A DNA stretch of 64,000 nucleotides from Fimbriimonadales bacterium (lineage in GTDB: Bacteria; Armatimonadota; Fimbriimonadia; Fimbriimonadales; ATM1), in the NCBI GenBank assembly GCA_051003155.1, contig JBPCLO010000011.1:68012-132011 (forward strand), in the 5' to 3' direction. Under the pieces are notes generated by a model. That model searched no databases. It was not told where the DNA came from and saw nothing but the letters and a program-made list of their open reading frames with translations. The translations under genes and the position numbers were made by a program. Of this stretch, positions 1 to 9,097 are shown piece after piece; the stretch's first letter is position 1; the number at the start of each line of letters is the position of its first letter.

Positions 1-395
1 TTCGCGATCTTTCCCTTCACTCGAACCCAGTCGCCAGCCATAAGGAGCCTTTGCGGCCGCTCGTACAGGAGCAAGTTGCGGTCCCCAATATCGAGGATGG
101 CCCGTTGGTACTTCTGCGCCAGGTTCGGCGTCGAGACGATTCTTCCGACGACCGTTTGCTCGACAGTCGGTAACGGCGGCTGCGGGTCAGAAGTAAACGC
201 GGTGCGCAGAAAGCCGATCGCAAAGAGTGCCGCACCCAAGAGCAGCCACCTTCGCGCGATGAACGCTGCGGGCGCAAGAAGCAAAATGGCGAGCGGGAAC
301 ATCGGCGCGACTAGCCCGACAATCAAGAACGACACAGTAGCGAGGAGAGGCCTTCCCGTGATATGCCGGTACCGGCGCTCGAAATCGACCGACAT
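1..395 (-). CDS. ComEC/Rec2-like competence membrane protein, N-terminal part (runs off window)
   Basis: Manual translation from ATG 395: MSVDFERRYRHITGRPLLATVSFLIVGL...VVGRIVSTP...MAGDWVRVKGKI. It has hydrophobic helices followed by a DUF4131-like GDxVRVxG segment. Not in the ORF track because it is truncated. Confidence 0.55.
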   Translation of the reverse strand, partial: MSVDFERRYRHITGRPLLATVSFLIVGLVAPMFPLAILLLAPAAFIARRWLLLGAALFAIGFLRTAFTSDPQPPLPTVEQTVVGRIVSTPNLAQKYQRAILDIGDRNLLLYERPQRLLMAGDWVRVKGKIA

Positions 396-400
396 GAGGG

Positions 401-841
401 CTACCGTTTCTTGCTTTTCGACATGGCCTTCAGCTTGCCGAGGGACTGCTTGGCTATCTCGAGCTCCGGCGTACTGACTTCCAAATCGAGCGGTTCGGCC
501 TCTGTAGGCGTAGGTTCAGGCGTTTCGTGAAGCATCTTCTTGACCGGGCGATTGCCGAATCGAACGTCTTTGAACAAGGCCGTTCCTGCCAACACATTCA
601 AGCGATCCAGGATCTCGCGCTTCCTCATTGTGAGCTCCTGCACCCAAGAGGCACCCGATACGGCTACCCACAGTGTGCCGTTCTCGAAGCGTTCAGGCGA
701 ACTTTTGCACGCCAATTGCGCCCCCACGCACTCCTCCCACCGGCGGCTTGTGACCTGAGCATGCAGGCGACGGATGACCTCGGGACGCGCGATGGCCTCC
801 GGCAACAGATCCGAGAGCAAATGGAGCTCCGCCTTTCTCAT
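401..841 (-). CDS. dciA: DUF721/DciA family protein
   Basis: W..VG..LA...P....GTLWVAV..ASWVQEL...K.EILDRLN pattern; ATGA-coupled directly downstream of recF. Confidence 0.75.
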   Translation of the reverse strand: MRKAELHLLSDLLPEAIARPEVIRRLHAQVTSRRWEECVGAQLACKSSPERFENGTLWVAVSGASWVQELTMRKREILDRLNVLAGTALFKDVRFGNRPVKKMLHETPEPTPTEAEPLDLEVSTPELEIAKQSLGKLKAMSKSKKR

Positions 842-1971
842 TGCTCACTAATTGTTCCATGAGAAACCTCGAATACCTTTGCACCCGAGCGGACCTCGGG
901 CAATATTTGGTGGATATCGGTGGCGGTGATGACCACCTGGCCGAGGTTGCCCGATACCGACATGACGAGGTTGCGACGCCTCTCGTCGAGGTCACTCATG
1001 ATGTCGTCGAGCAGGACGATCGGCACTATTCGCATCCTGTCCCGCCAATAGAGCGCCACCGAGAGCTTAATGGCGAGCACGGCCGTACGCTGTTGGCCTT
1101 GGCTTCCGAAGGCTCTGGACGAAGAGCCATCGATGCCTATGTAGAAGTCGTCGCGGTGCGGGCCGACCGTCGTAAACCCGGCGACTATATCCTGGCGCCT
1201 ACTTTTAGCGAGTTCATTCAAATGACCCTCCTCGGTGGACGCTTCGTCCGCGGGCTTGTACGTGAGCGCCAGTTCTTCGACTGAATCCGTGAGCTCGCGA
1301 TGCTTCTCGGCAGCCAAAGCCGCGATTTCCACCATGTAATCGATTCTCGACGCACGCAACACGGCACCCCTTGTCGCGAGTTGGACGTCCCAAGGATCGA
1401 GCGCAGCTGCCAGCAGTTCGCCCTCGCGAATTTTTTTCAATGAGGCATTGCGCTGCTCTAAAGCCCGCTTGTATCCAGAGAACGCCTTCAGGTAAGCCGG
1501 ACTGACAAGGCTAATCTCGCCGTCTAGAAACTTCCTTCGATCTGATGGCTCCCCTGAAACGATATCGAGATCGGACGACGAGAACATTACGGCGGGCATG
1601 CGCCCGATGATGTCATGCACCGTCGGAAGCTTCTGCCCGAAGACCGCCGCCCATCTGCGACCCTCGCGCACGTAGGTCAGCTTAAGTTCTGTATCCTCCT
1701 CGCCAGCGGTAATCCCGATTTCTGCCTCGCTGGCATGATGATGGATAACGTCGGCGTCCTTGGCGCCTCGAAAAGAGCGAGTCGTGGCGAGAGCATAGAT
1801 GGCTTCGAGCATGTTCGACTTGCCTTGACCGTTTGAGCCGACGAGGATGTTGTGGCCGGGAGCCAAATCGATCGATGACTCGGCGTAGTTCCGAAAGTGC
1901 CGCACCCAGAGTCGCCCGCCGTAGGATCGGCCCGTCGACTCACAGGAGTTCTCTTCTCCAATCACACTCAA
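838..1971 (-). CDS. recF: DNA replication/repair protein RecF
   Basis: FRNY, GSNGQGKSN (Walker A), GPHRDD, SQGQQR and LLDDIMSDLD motifs. The exact start is uncertain. Confidence 0.95.
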   Translation of the reverse strand: MSVIGEENSCESTGRSYGGRLWVRHFRNYAESSIDLAPGHNILVGSNGQGKSNMLEAIYALATTRSFRGAKDADVIHHHASEAEIGITAGEEDTELKLTYVREGRRWAAVFGQKLPTVHDIIGRMPAVMFSSSDLDIVSGEPSDRRKFLDGEISLVSPAYLKAFSGYKRALEQRNASLKKIREGELLAAALDPWDVQLATRGAVLRASRIDYMVEIAALAAEKHRELTDSVEELALTYKPADEASTEEGHLNELAKSRRQDIVAGFTTVGPHRDDFYIGIDGSSSRAFGSQGQQRTAVLAIKLSVALYWRDRMRIVPIVLLDDIMSDLDERRRNLVMSVSGNLGQVVITATDIHQILPEVRSGAKVFEVSHGTISEQ

Positions 1972-1974
1972 TTC

Positions 1975-2190
1975 TAATGCTTATTGTTATTGTTAAGCGG
2001 AGGCACGATGTGGAAAGCGACCTCTACTAACCTTCAAAGTCGGTGTGGGTAAGGGGCAAGTATCGTTGGGACATACCGCCACGGCAATCCACAAGCGGGG
2101 TGTACGCCGACTCGTCCCCAGAAATTCCCCAACGGTTTTTCCATTTTGGGGACATTAAGACGGCCCACCGACCACTATGGTGGATAACGG
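1975..2190. other. Candidate replication origin (DnaA-box cluster)
   Basis: DnaA-box-like 9-mers TGTGGAAAG 2009-2017, TGTGGGTAA 2044-2052, CAATCCACA 2085-2093 and GGTGGATAA 2179-2187. TTATTGTTATTGTTAA trinucleotide-like tract at 1981-1996. Lies next to recF. Confidence 0.55.
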
Positions 2191-2476
2191 CAGGGAGGCG
2201 ACAGCCGATAACAAAAACTTAATCTCGCGAATCGTCCGATCGCGGATTACCCTGTGGCGGGTTGGACCAATCTTGTGTAGTGGAGATGCAAGAAGTAACC
2301 GATCTAGCGACCTTGCGCCACCCAGTTTTGGCGTGGCCGAGTCTGCGCCCTCGGCGTTTGCTAACGGGTGTGGACGCACTAATGATGCGGTTCATCGATT
2401 GTCGAAAATGAAAGTAAACAGCCAAAACTGAGCGTTCGAAAGATGTATTCATTCGAAAATCAATCCTCATGTGAGC

Positions 2477-2505
2477 TTGACTGGGGTTGCAGTCGCTCCC
2501 ATAAT
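2477..2505 (+). promoter_or_regulatory. Sigma70-type promoter of the dnaA-like gene
   Basis: TTGACT-17 nt-CATAAT; GGAGG at 2567-2571 before ATG 2579. Confidence 0.65.
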
Positions 2506-2578
2506 ATCGAGACACCGGAACTGCGGTATAGAAGTGCGCTTCTTGGCCGGTGGATCAATAGTGTAGGGAGGCTTGCGT

Positions 2579-3583
2579 ATGGTCGCAAATGGACAGTTCG
2601 GTTGTATGGACGGAGGTTCGATGGTTTTAACCGGCGCCCGAGTGGTTCGCGCCGGGGGAGATAAGATCGATGCCTTCGCGTCGTTGCCAAGTAACTTGGC
2701 GGCGGTTCGGTCACTGGCGGGATTTGCCGAGGGGAGGCGTCGCTTTGTGGCCATCCAGGGGGCATCAGGATGGGGCAAGAGCCACCTTCTTCGCGCCGCA
2801 CGCGATATGGCGGCTGCGAGGTTTCACGCTGATGTTCAGTTCGATTCGGCAGAGCATTGGCTGAATACGGGATCGGCGGCGGATCGAGCCAAGGCCAGAT
2901 TATTGATACTCGATGACGTCGATTCAGCTCTTTCGAGACCCAGGTCGCGTCAAATGCTCCAGCTCGAACTCGAGCGGCGGATCAGAACCAATAGACCCAC
3001 GCTCTGCGCTTTGGATATTCAGCGTCGCTCGCTTCGCTCGCTTCCGCTATCGAGCCTGTGGCATTTCGCGCCGATCGCCCCTCCAACGCCTCCCGAACGG
3101 CGTGCAATCGTGCAGCAGATGTGCAAAAACGAGAGGTTGCCCCTTGGTGATGCGTTGCAGCAGCTGGTGGCGACCTTGGTTAAGGGAGACGGTCACTCGC
3201 TGTTGGGCGCCCTCTTGCGGATCAAGGCCGTTGTTCCGGAATGGCAGGATGTCATTTCCGTGCACCCGCTTCGGGTCGCGGGTATCTTGCACCCGTACCT
3301 GGCTGACAGCGCCCACTTCGACCTTCGTGAAATAGTTGTGGACTCGGTTACTCGGACGGCAGGGAAGGACGCAGCCCGTCTGATAGCCGTTTCCGTCTAT
3401 ATACTCAGCGAGTCGGCCAACTTGTGTGAAGAGTCGATTGCTACCTATTTCGGCATGAGGCCCGGCGATGTGTACCGGCTGCGGCGAGGGGTCTCTGCGC
3501 GGCTCGCGGGCGAAGACAGCGCGTTGCACGCGCACCTCGAACGGTCCCTTGGCGCGGTAAGTTGCTGCCTCAACCAAGTTTAA
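2579..3583 (+). CDS. Divergent DnaA/Hda-like AAA+ protein
   Basis: GASGWGKSHLL Walker A, LLILDDVD Walker B and a degenerate DnaA-domain-IV-like C-terminus. No domain I/II. Confidence 0.7.
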   Translation: MVANGQFGCMDGGSMVLTGARVVRAGGDKIDAFASLPSNLAAVRSLAGFAEGRRRFVAIQGASGWGKSHLLRAARDMAAARFHADVQFDSAEHWLNTGSAADRAKARLLILDDVDSALSRPRSRQMLQLELERRIRTNRPTLCALDIQRRSLRSLPLSSLWHFAPIAPPTPPERRAIVQQMCKNERLPLGDALQQLVATLVKGDGHSLLGALLRIKAVVPEWQDVISVHPLRVAGILHPYLADSAHFDLREIVVDSVTRTAGKDAARLIAVSVYILSESANLCEESIATYFGMRPGDVYRLRRGVSARLAGEDSALHAHLERSLGAVSCCLNQV

Positions 3584-3619
3584 GCGTCGAGAGCGGCCGC
3601 CGATCTGATCCTGAAAACC

Positions 3620-3990
3620 GCGGGCATCGACGTCGGGCAAACGGCCCAGGAAAGCATCGATCAACCGCCGACACGGGCACATTGTTGGGGTCCGCGTATT
3701 GTTGGAGGCTGTCCAGGCGATGGCTTTGATTGTCGAGCCTCAGACCAGCCAGCCTTTGCCGCTACGGCGGTGACGAGTTTGCCGTCGCAACGATGGTTAG
3801 GGCGGATGAGTTGGCATCGTCGATCTCCTTGACCACGGTGTTTGGAGTGGATGGCCGCGTGACTGCTTGTTGCGGCGTGTCTGATACATCCGAGTCGCCG
3901 GATGAGATGATCGAGTCGGCGAGCAGGCGCTGCCTGATCAAGAAGGGATATCCTCCAGCAAGTCGAATCTTGACGCAATGCATTGAGGCT
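3620..3990 (+). pseudogene. Decayed GGDEF (diguanylate cyclase) domain
   Basis: INRRHGHIVG (from 3660) and CRYGGDEFAV lie in different frames, with no start codon or sensor domain. Boundaries are approximate. Confidence 0.6.
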
Positions 3991-4012
3991 TGGTATGCGT
4001 CCAATCAGATAG

Positions 4013-5665
4013 GTGGAATCTCCAGATCAATCTCGCTCGATCAAGCTACTTAAAGAGCTGATCGAAATGGTTCCTGAGGACAACCAGCGCCTTCGGAACT
4101 ACTTGGCTGCGTTAGAACAGTCATTGGTGAACGACAGTCGCGAAGCCGAGCGCGCCAAGCAGGCGATTGCCGAATACGAGCAGGCTTACGAAAAGCTCAC
4201 CTCACCTGCGAATCGCACGGGAGTTTATTTGAACCCGATGGAAGAAGGCATCGCGCTAATAGCTGTCGGCGACAGCGAATTCGTAGTTTCGATCGACCCC
4301 AAGTTGGATAGCGCCGAGTTGATTACGGGAGCGCGCGTAAAGGTGAACGATTCGTATGCAGTCGTTGGCGTGATGCCGGCTCATCCTGGCGGCCAGGTGA
4401 TGAAGGTGTCCGAATTGCTGGGTGACGACAGGCTTCGCGTGAGCCAGGATTCGCAGGGGGCTGTGGGCCGAATCATCCACCGGGGCGCGGCGATTGCCGA
4501 AGCGACGATCAAGGTCGGCGATGAAGTTCGCATCGAGCCGAACTTCAAGGTCGCACTAGAGCACTTTCCGCAGCATGAGACGCAGGAATATTTCTACGAA
4601 GATGTTCCCGAAATTCACTGGGACCAAATCGGAGGCCAGGAAAAGGCGATCGATCTCATCCGGGATACGATCGAGCAACCCTTGCTTTATCCTGAAATTT
4701 ATGAGAAGTTCGGCAAGAAACCCATCAAGGGAATTCTGCTCTACGGCCCCCCGGGTTGCGGAAAAACGCTGATCGGAAAAGCCACTGCTCATAACCTTGC
4801 AAAAGAATACAGCAAACGGTTGGGCAAAGAAGTTCGCGAATACTTTATGTCGGTAAGCGGCCCGAAAATCCTCAATATGTGGCTCGGTGAAACCGAGCGC
4901 ATGGTGCGCGAAATTTTCCAGATAGCTCGCGACAAAGCGAAAGAAGGGCGGCTGGTGTTTATTTTCTTCGACGAGGCGGATAGCGTTTTGCGAACTCGCT
5001 CAAGTGGTAAGTGGTTAAATATCAGCAACACAGTCGTTCCGCAATTTTGTGCGGAACTCGACGGCTTGGTAACGCTCGAAAATGTCGTAGTCATGCTTAC
5101 GAGTAACCGTCCGGACTATATCGACCCCGCTGTTTTGCGACCCGAGCGGATCGACCGAAAAGTTAAGATTAATCGGCCGGATCAAAATGCCACACGCGAT
5201 ATTTTCGGAATCTATTTGCACGACAGGTTGCCCTTTGATCCGGAAGCGATGGCTGCGGAAGGCAACGACTTGGAAGCGCTGCGCTCGTGCATGGTCGACA
5301 CGATCACGACACACTTATGGAGAAAGAACCGCGAGACGGAGTTCCTCCGTCTTCAACTACGAAACGGCGGGACTGAGACTTTATATTGGAAGGATCTTGT
5401 AAGCGGAGCATTGATCAAGTCGGTGGTCGACAGGGCAAAGGACATTGCGATCAAGCGGGCGATAGCCGAGGCGAGCGCCGGGCACGGCATCCGCATGGAC
5501 GACCTCCGGGACGCTTTGAAAGCCGAGTACGGCGAGAACGAGATCTTCCCGAAAACCGACTCGCAAGAGGACTGGCTGAGACTTCTCGACCATGACGAGG
5601 AGAGCGTCGTTTCCGTGAAACCTATTCGGCCGGAGTCGGACACGCATCGAGAGCGGGTCATTTAG
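4013..5665 (+). CDS. arc: ARC/Mpa-type proteasome-associated AAA ATPase
   Basis: N-terminal coiled coil and OB region, IGG, GPPGCGKTLIGKA, FFDEADSVLRTR, VVPQF.AELDG, SNRPDYIDPAVLRP and ENE.FP. Confidence 0.85.
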   Translation: MESPDQSRSIKLLKELIEMVPEDNQRLRNYLAALEQSLVNDSREAERAKQAIAEYEQAYEKLTSPANRTGVYLNPMEEGIALIAVGDSEFVVSIDPKLDSAELITGARVKVNDSYAVVGVMPAHPGGQVMKVSELLGDDRLRVSQDSQGAVGRIIHRGAAIAEATIKVGDEVRIEPNFKVALEHFPQHETQEYFYEDVPEIHWDQIGGQEKAIDLIRDTIEQPLLYPEIYEKFGKKPIKGILLYGPPGCGKTLIGKATAHNLAKEYSKRLGKEVREYFMSVSGPKILNMWLGETERMVREIFQIARDKAKEGRLVFIFFDEADSVLRTRSSGKWLNISNTVVPQFCAELDGLVTLENVVVMLTSNRPDYIDPAVLRPERIDRKVKINRPDQNATRDIFGIYLHDRLPFDPEAMAAEGNDLEALRSCMVDTITTHLWRKNRETEFLRLQLRNGGTETLYWKDLVSGALIKSVVDRAKDIAIKRAIAEASAGHGIRMDDLRDALKAEYGENEIFPKTDSQEDWLRLLDHDEESVVSVKPIRPESDTHRERVI

Positions 5666-5702
5666 GCGTCCGATCCTCGCTCAAAGGTAATCTTGCGGCT
5701 CT

Positions 5703-6851
5703 ATGGCGGGAGTGCGGCTGGATCGGGTTACCAAGCAGTTTGGCAAAGTCACGGCGCTCGACAGGTTTTCGCTCGATATCGTGGATGGCGAGTTCATGGT
5801 GTTTGTTGGGCCGAGTGGGTGCGGTAAGACGACGGCGCTCCGCATAATCGCGGGCCTCGAGGAATCGACTTCCGGCTCCGTTACGATCGGCGACCGGGTT
5901 GTCGACGACATACCTGCAAAGGACCGCGACATCGCGATGGTGTTCCAAAGCTACGCGCTGTACCCGCACATGACCGTTTACCAAAACATGGCGTTCGGAT
6001 TGCGGATTCGCTTGTTGAAGTCATGGTGGTGGCAGGTCACGCACGGCGCCGAAGCAAACCGGCGGAAGCAAGAGATCGACCGGCGGGTTAAGGAGGCGGC
6101 TGAGCTCTTGGGAATCGAGAACCTGCTCCAGCGACGCCCGCGGGAACTGAGCGGCGGACAAAGGCAGCGGGTCGCGCTAGGGCGCGCGATCGTGCGCGAA
6201 CCAAAGGTGTTTCTTATGGACGAGCCGCTCAGCAACCTCGACGCGAAGCTGAGGGTCCAGACCAGAGCTGAGCTGATTCGGCTGCACCGGAGGCTCGGGA
6301 TTACCACGATTTATGTAACCCACGACCAAACAGAGGCGATGACGATGGGCGATCGGATTGCTGTTCTGAAAGACGGCCTGCTCCAGCAGGTTGCCACTCC
6401 TGATGAGCTCTACCGACGGCCGGATAACTCATTCGTCGCCTCCTTCATAGGCTCACCCGCGATGAACTTGATCGAAACCGCGGTGGACGGCGGCATGGCC
6501 AAGCTCGGTGACACTGTGTTTCCGGTTCCACCCGGCGCCGCGTCAAGCAAGATCATGCTGGGGATCCGGCCGGAGGAATTTCGCCCTGACGGCCCCGGGG
6601 TCGAATTGCGGCCGGTCGTGGACGTCGTCGAGCCTCTCGGAGCGACGAAGACAGTAGTGCTGAATCTGAATGGCCAAAACTTGGTCGCGTCGCTCGACGC
6701 AGATGTGGAACTGGTCGAAGGCGAGCCTCTCAGCCTTTGGGTCAAGCCCCCAAACGTGCACTTCTTCGATGCTGAATCGGGCCAGGTCATTCGGTACACT
6801 GCCGAGGATGCAGTGGCCGTTTCGAAGGAAGAAAACTCCGGCACAGCTTAG
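5703..6851 (+). CDS. Sugar ABC transporter ATP-binding protein (MalK/UgpC/MsmX family)
   Basis: GPSGCGKT, VFQSYALYPHM, LSGGQRQRVALGRA, DEPLSNLDAKLR and a C-terminal TOBE region. Confidence 0.92.
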   Translation: MAGVRLDRVTKQFGKVTALDRFSLDIVDGEFMVFVGPSGCGKTTALRIIAGLEESTSGSVTIGDRVVDDIPAKDRDIAMVFQSYALYPHMTVYQNMAFGLRIRLLKSWWWQVTHGAEANRRKQEIDRRVKEAAELLGIENLLQRRPRELSGGQRQRVALGRAIVREPKVFLMDEPLSNLDAKLRVQTRAELIRLHRRLGITTIYVTHDQTEAMTMGDRIAVLKDGLLQQVATPDELYRRPDNSFVASFIGSPAMNLIETAVDGGMAKLGDTVFPVPPGAASSKIMLGIRPEEFRPDGPGVELRPVVDVVEPLGATKTVVLNLNGQNLVASLDADVELVEGEPLSLWVKPPNVHFFDAESGQVIRYTAEDAVAVSKEENSGTA

Positions 6852-7701
6852 CCTTAGCAAGAACTTCTATTTATCAGTTCTTTCGGCCGCTGAAACACTG
6901 CCGCCGCTGCTGCAAGTCATCAACCCGGACGGGAGCAACAACGCGATTAAGGGGTTCGGCGCGCCTCTCACTGAGGGTACTGACAGAGATATACTGAACC
7001 GGCCCATCGGTCCCGGCAGCTACGTGTTAACGACAATCGACAAGCTCACAGTCATCCAAATGGATGTCTTTCCACGCAGCGAAGTGCCGCAGTTCCAAAT
7101 CCCGCAGGATCCGGTGGCTCTTGCTGCCACGAATTTGACGGGCGAAGCTTTGAGGCGAGCCCAAGACGCGAACATGCTGACCAACTTCCTCTTCAAGGGG
7201 TACGACCCAGGATTGTACGTATCGGTACAGTTTATGCTCGAGTTCGTGAAGCGGTTCGCCGAGTCGAGCGAGGCCGTCGTCGCGGATCCTCTTGCGGAGA
7301 CCTACCGCCTACCCGATCAGATGAAGGCTTCGCCGCCAATGGACGTTAGAATCGACTTTCGCGACGTAGGATCGGTCATGCTCGTGCGCCTGCCCGATGG
7401 CATTTGGATAAGCACGCGCGGGTTGTCGAAGTTCGACGTCCCAGAAATCGAGATGTACGGCATTCCGGACGAGCTACGCGAGCCGGCTGCCGAAATGGTC
7501 GTAGTTGCCGCGCAGCAGGTGCTTGTGGGGGTGCCCATGAAGGAAAGTGAGACGGCGTTTTCAGTGCAGTCGCCTTTGGAGGTCGTTAGGGGCACGAGGC
7601 AGCTTTCCGATTGGGGAGGCCGATCGGCCCTCGAACTACGAGATAGAGGCGGTGACGGCGCCGCTAGGGGTGTCGATGCCTGGCTGCGCCGGCCGAAGTA
7701 A
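6808..7701 (+). CDS. Hypothetical protein (DUF4261-like C-terminus)
   Basis: Likely start is ATG 6808 (MQWPFRRKK); contains a STRGLSKFDVPEIE motif. Confidence 0.55.
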   Translation: MQWPFRRKKTPAQLSLSKNFYLSVLSAAETLPPLLQVINPDGSNNAIKGFGAPLTEGTDRDILNRPIGPGSYVLTTIDKLTVIQMDVFPRSEVPQFQIPQDPVALAATNLTGEALRRAQDANMLTNFLFKGYDPGLYVSVQFMLEFVKRFAESSEAVVADPLAETYRLPDQMKASPPMDVRIDFRDVGSVMLVRLPDGIWISTRGLSKFDVPEIEMYGIPDELREPAAEMVVVAAQQVLVGVPMKESETAFSVQSPLEVVRGTRQLSDWGGRSALELRDRGGDGAARGVDAWLRRPK

Positions 7702-8821
7702 TCGCGCCGGTGACTTCGGCGACGATCCCCGCGGCCTCGTCGGCCTCGCCAATCGTGTTGCCTCGGCCAAACGTGAAGCGCAATCCTTCCGAGGCCTCTT
7801 GTTCCGAGAGCCCGGTTGCGATCAGTACATGAGACGGTTCGATGCTGCCGCTGCTGCATGCGGCGCCGCTACTCGCTGCTATCCCTGCCCGGTCTAAATT
7901 GATGAGCATCGACTCAGCCGAGATTCCAGGAAATCTCAGATGCGCGTGGCCCGGGAGCACCGCTTGTGGGTCGATGTCGAGCGCGGTGAAAACCGGTGTG
8001 GGCAATTCTGCTTCCGCGAGTGAACTCCGCACTTGGCTGACAAAGCGATCGCGTATCTCAGCCGTCTTGCCGCTATCGAAAGCGATCTTTGCGGCTTCAG
8101 CAAATCCGACGATCGCTGCGACATTCTCCGTTCCCGCGCGCATTCCTCGCTCCTGCCCGCCCCCGATTAGCAGAGGCTTTATCTTGGTTCCTGCGCGAAC
8201 ATACAAGGCGCCGACGCCTTTCGGCCCGTAGATCTTGTGGCCAGACAGGCTCACCAGGTCGGAATTCAGGTCGTCGACCTTGACGGGAAGCACACCGAAT
8301 GTCTGCACAGCGTCGCAGTGGTAGTACGCGCCATTGATACGAACCGCGCGTCCGATCGCTTCAGAGTCGTTGATCGCGCCCGTCTCGTTGTTGGCGTGCA
8401 TCACGCTGACGAGGAGAATGTTCTCGGAAACCGATTCGAGCTCCGTCCATCCCCCCGGCATTGCTGGGATGATGTGCACGGCCATGCCGAGGCGTTCGAG
8501 GGTTGCGCGAGTCTCGATCACGCAGTGGTGCTCGGTTGCACCAATCAGAACCTCGTTCCGAGAACTGCGGTTGGCGAGGGCCGTACCGATCAGGGCGAGG
8601 TTCGCGGCTTCGGTGCCAGACGACGTGAATATGACCTCGCCGGGCAAGCATCCCATCGTATCAGCGATTGTCTCACGCGCTTCGTCAATTGCCAGCCGCG
8701 CCTTTCGTCCAAATCCGTGCAGGCTGCTGGGATTGCCCGCGTCGAGCCACGGTAGCATCGCCTCGCGCACGCGGGAGTCGAGAGGAGTGGTCGCAGCGTG
8801 GTCAAAGTAAATCGAAGCCAC
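7664..8821 (-). CDS. iscS: Cysteine desulfurase (IscS/NifS, class V PLP)
   Basis: YFDHAATTP, GNPSSLH, SGHKIYGPKG, RAGTEN and SSGAACSS. Confidence 0.9.
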   Translation of the reverse strand: MASIYFDHAATTPLDSRVREAMLPWLDAGNPSSLHGFGRKARLAIDEARETIADTMGCLPGEVIFTSSGTEAANLALIGTALANRSSRNEVLIGATEHHCVIETRATLERLGMAVHIIPAMPGGWTELESVSENILLVSVMHANNETGAINDSEAIGRAVRINGAYYHCDAVQTFGVLPVKVDDLNSDLVSLSGHKIYGPKGVGALYVRAGTKIKPLLIGGGQERGMRAGTENVAAIVGFAEAAKIAFDSGKTAEIRDRFVSQVRSSLAEAELPTPVFTALDIDPQAVLPGHAHLRFPGISAESMLINLDRAGIAASSGAACSSGSIEPSHVLIATGLSEQEASEGLRFTFGRGNTIGEADEAAGIVAEVTGAITSAGAARHRHP

Positions 8822-8837
8822 GTGTGGCAGTTGCCTC

Positions 8838-8993
8838 TTAGGCCTCCAATTCGGAATGACACCGCTCGACCGTCTCGGCGAGGTTCGTCAAGAGGTCTTC
8901 CCAAGTCTCTTCTCCGCCCGTCGCACACCCCGGGATCGCGGGCACCTCTGCCAAGTACCTGCCCTCTTCGTGGCCGACGATTTTCAGCTCCAT
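8838..8993 (-). CDS. HicB-like (UPF0150) antitoxin, 51 aa
   Basis: Manual translation MELKIVGHEEGRYLAEVPAIPGCATGGEETWEDLLTNLAETVERCHSELEA; CATAAT 6 nt upstream of the ATG. Confidence 0.7.
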   Translation of the reverse strand: MELKIVGHEEGRYLAEVPAIPGCATGGEETWEDLLTNLAETVERCHSELEA

Positions 8994-9097
8994 GTCGCTA
9001 TTATGGCCGGCTCGCAGACAACGTCATGCGAATGAGCGGCTTTTGCGTTTCAACGACGGAGGCGTCAGCACACCGCTAAACATTTTCGGCGCACGTT

